A stretch of 64,000 nucleotides of DNA, taken from contig JAHRHZ010000085.1 in assembly GCA_024137785.1 (NCBI GenBank), positions 2,046,279 to 2,110,278 on the forward strand, written 5' to 3'. Positions 61,636 through 64,000 of the stretch are shown here, in pieces; position 1 is the first letter of the stretch, and each line of letters begins with the position of its first letter. The stretch comes from Ginglymostoma cirratum (lineage: Eukaryota). The translations under genes and the position numbers were made by a program. The notes under the pieces were generated by a model that was given only the letters and a program-made list of their open reading frames with translations, did not search any database and was not told the DNA's origin.

Positions 61636-62559
61636 GCAGGAGAAATCTGTCTTGGTCAATTACTGCTGTATTAAGCTACTCTCTATCATCAGTATCGTGA
61701 TGGAAGGGGTTATCAACAGTGCGATAAAGCTGTACCTGCTTAGCAATCATATTCTGTGTTGGTGGGGCAAAACTTGGAATTCACACCATAACAGCATTGT
61801 GGATATATTTACACCACATGGGCTGCAGTAGTGCAAGAAGACAGCTCATGCCAACCTCTCAAGGGCAATTAGGGCAAGTAATAAATGCTGGTCCAGCTAG
61901 CAAAACATAGTTCTCCTGAATTACACAAAATAAAATCAAATATTCCTTGTTTGTGTTCAAGATTTTAAAAGGGACAACATATAAGGAAAGGAACATTCTT
62001 ACCACAGAAGGGTAAGGCACCTATGATTTATCATGAAAGAGTACAACAATCTCTTTTCTTTGTTTAAATTTAGTAATAATACTGCACAGCCTGAGAACCA
62101 ATAACTTCTGGAATAATCACCACAGATAAACTTAACTTATCATTAACTGGGAAGTGAATTAAAGTGATAAGTACAAACCATGAGATTGGAACTCTGCTGT
62201 TATTAAATCACCTTGTGACTCCAATAAGATACAATATATATAAACATAAAGTACTTTACCTTTATCCGAACTCTTCTCCAAATTCTCGAGATCATCATCC
62301 TGATGTAACAACAAACAGCCTGTATGAGTAGAACTACATATATTCACAAAAAACATCCTCTTCCTCCATCATTGTTGCTGCAATGCACACCAGAGACACT
62401 GGATAATTGTCCTTTCAGAGCATTTTCCAAACCTGTAATCTCTATCAGCAAGGAAAAAATGTATTCAAGGCTTAATGTAGAACTAAAGGCAGCAAAGCCC
62501 CCTTCAGTAGACTGTCCTTTGCAATCTTTCTGTGGATCTGCCAAAATCAGATGGACTGC

Positions 62560-63930
62560 AAAACTTAACAAGATGACTCACTGCCACAAAGGAAACAACA
62601 CTGATGGGAGACCTCTTATTAGTAGTCAGAACATGGGGAAGAACAAAAAAAATCAGGAGATAGGAAAGGCATGGAAGGTCCTGTTACATAATCAGAGGGA
62701 CTTCAACATATGGTGGACTGGGAAAATCAGATTGGTAGCAGATCCCAAGAAAATGAATTTGTGGAATATCTATCAGATGTTTTTGGGAGCATCTTATGAT
62801 AAGGCCTAATAGTGAACAAGCAATTCTAGATTTGGTGATGTGTAATGTGGCAGACTTAATTAGGGAGCTGAATGTGAAGGAACCCCTTATGGGGAGAAAC
62901 CAAAATATGGTTCGTGTGTGGAATGAAGTATCAGAAAATGTTGTGGATGCAGGTACAGTCACGACATCGTAAAAACATTTGGATAAGTTCACGAATAGCA
63001 AAGGTTTGGAGTCATATGGGCCAAGTGCAAGCAGGTGGGACTAGAATTCACACTGCAACATGAGAGGGGGAAGCTGGAATTGAGTAAAAGTAACTATAAA
63101 GACATGAGGAGGAGATGGCCAGAGTTGATTGGAAGGGGAACCTACCAGAAAGGATGGCAGAGCAGTAATGGCAGGAGATTCTGGAGGTAATTCGGGAGGC
63201 ACAGCAGAAATTCATCCCAAGGAAGAAGAAGCATACTAAAAGGAAGACGAGGCAACCAAAGCTAACAAGGAAAATCAGGGACTACATAAAAACAAAAGAA
63301 TAATCATACAATGTGGTAAAGGTTAGTGGGAAAGCAGAGCATTGGGAAGCCTTTATAAACCAGCAGAGAATAATTAAAATGGCAATAAGGGGGGAGAAGA
63401 TGAAATATTATAATAAGCTAGCTAGTAATATAAAAGAAGACTGCAAGAGGTTTTTATAGATATGTAAAAAGTTAGAGAGAGACAATAGTGGACATTGGAC
63501 TGCTGGAAAATGAAGCTGGAACAGTTGGAACTGCTATGGTATTTTGCATCAGTCTTCAAGGTGGAACACACCAGCAGCATACCAGAACTTCAAGAGAGTA
63601 AGGGCAGAGGTGAGTGCAATGGTTATGATTCAGGAGAAGGTGCTGGGAATGTTGAAAGATTTGAAAATGGACAAATCACCCAAACTAGATTGACTACACC
63701 CTAATGTTCTGAAGGAGATAGCGCAGGAGATTTTGGAGGCATTAGTGGTGATCTTTCAGAAATAACTGAAGTCAGGGAGAGTCTCAGAGGACTGGAAAAT
63801 AGCTAATGTAACAACCCTATTTAAGAAGACAGAGGGGCAGAAGACAGGAAACTATACACCAGTTAGCCTGACCTCAGGCTTTTGTAAGATTTTAGAGTCC
63901 ATTCTTAAGGGTGAAATTGCAGAGTCGAGT
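62560..63930 (+). mobile_element. Degenerate CR1 ORF2 fragments
   Basis: Endonuclease remnant DFN, YFASVF, EDWKIANVT and NYTPVSLTS. Confidence 0.78.
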
Positions 63931-64000
63931 CATGGACTCATTCAGTATGGAAACAGATCCTTTGGCTCAACCAGTCCATGCCAACTATATTACCAAACTA

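Noticed and set aside
62260-62299. 40-bp candidate minus-strand exon DDDLENLEKSSDK with AG/GT boundaries
   Set aside because: Too short and isolated to assign to any gene in this window.

Overview
Vertebrate genomic DNA, most likely from a shark (inferred from the HE1-like tRNA SINEs and the CR1 and Penelope repeat families). It is mostly repeats: many CR1/L2 LINE fragments, Penelope-like elements (PLEs), SINEs, RTE, Rex1 and Gypsy remnants. One intact 7-exon gene can be rebuilt by hand on the minus strand (19198 to 10825; 1113-nt CDS, 370 aa; all introns GT-AG with matching phases). It encodes a signal peptide, a single-exon VJ-type Ig V domain, a C1-set domain, an uncharged TM segment and a tail with MLYAAL, LTYATL and TEYAQL tyrosine motifs, i.e. 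a SIRP-like inhibitory Ig-superfamily receptor. The second main signal is a PLE system. Three PLE families carry minimal hammerhead ribozymes. One family repeatedly makes MITE-like palindromic insertions (88 bp to about 1.7 kb) with fixed, asymmetric ends and 12-17 bp target-site duplications (TSDs). Repeat boundaries are approximate and read by eye.
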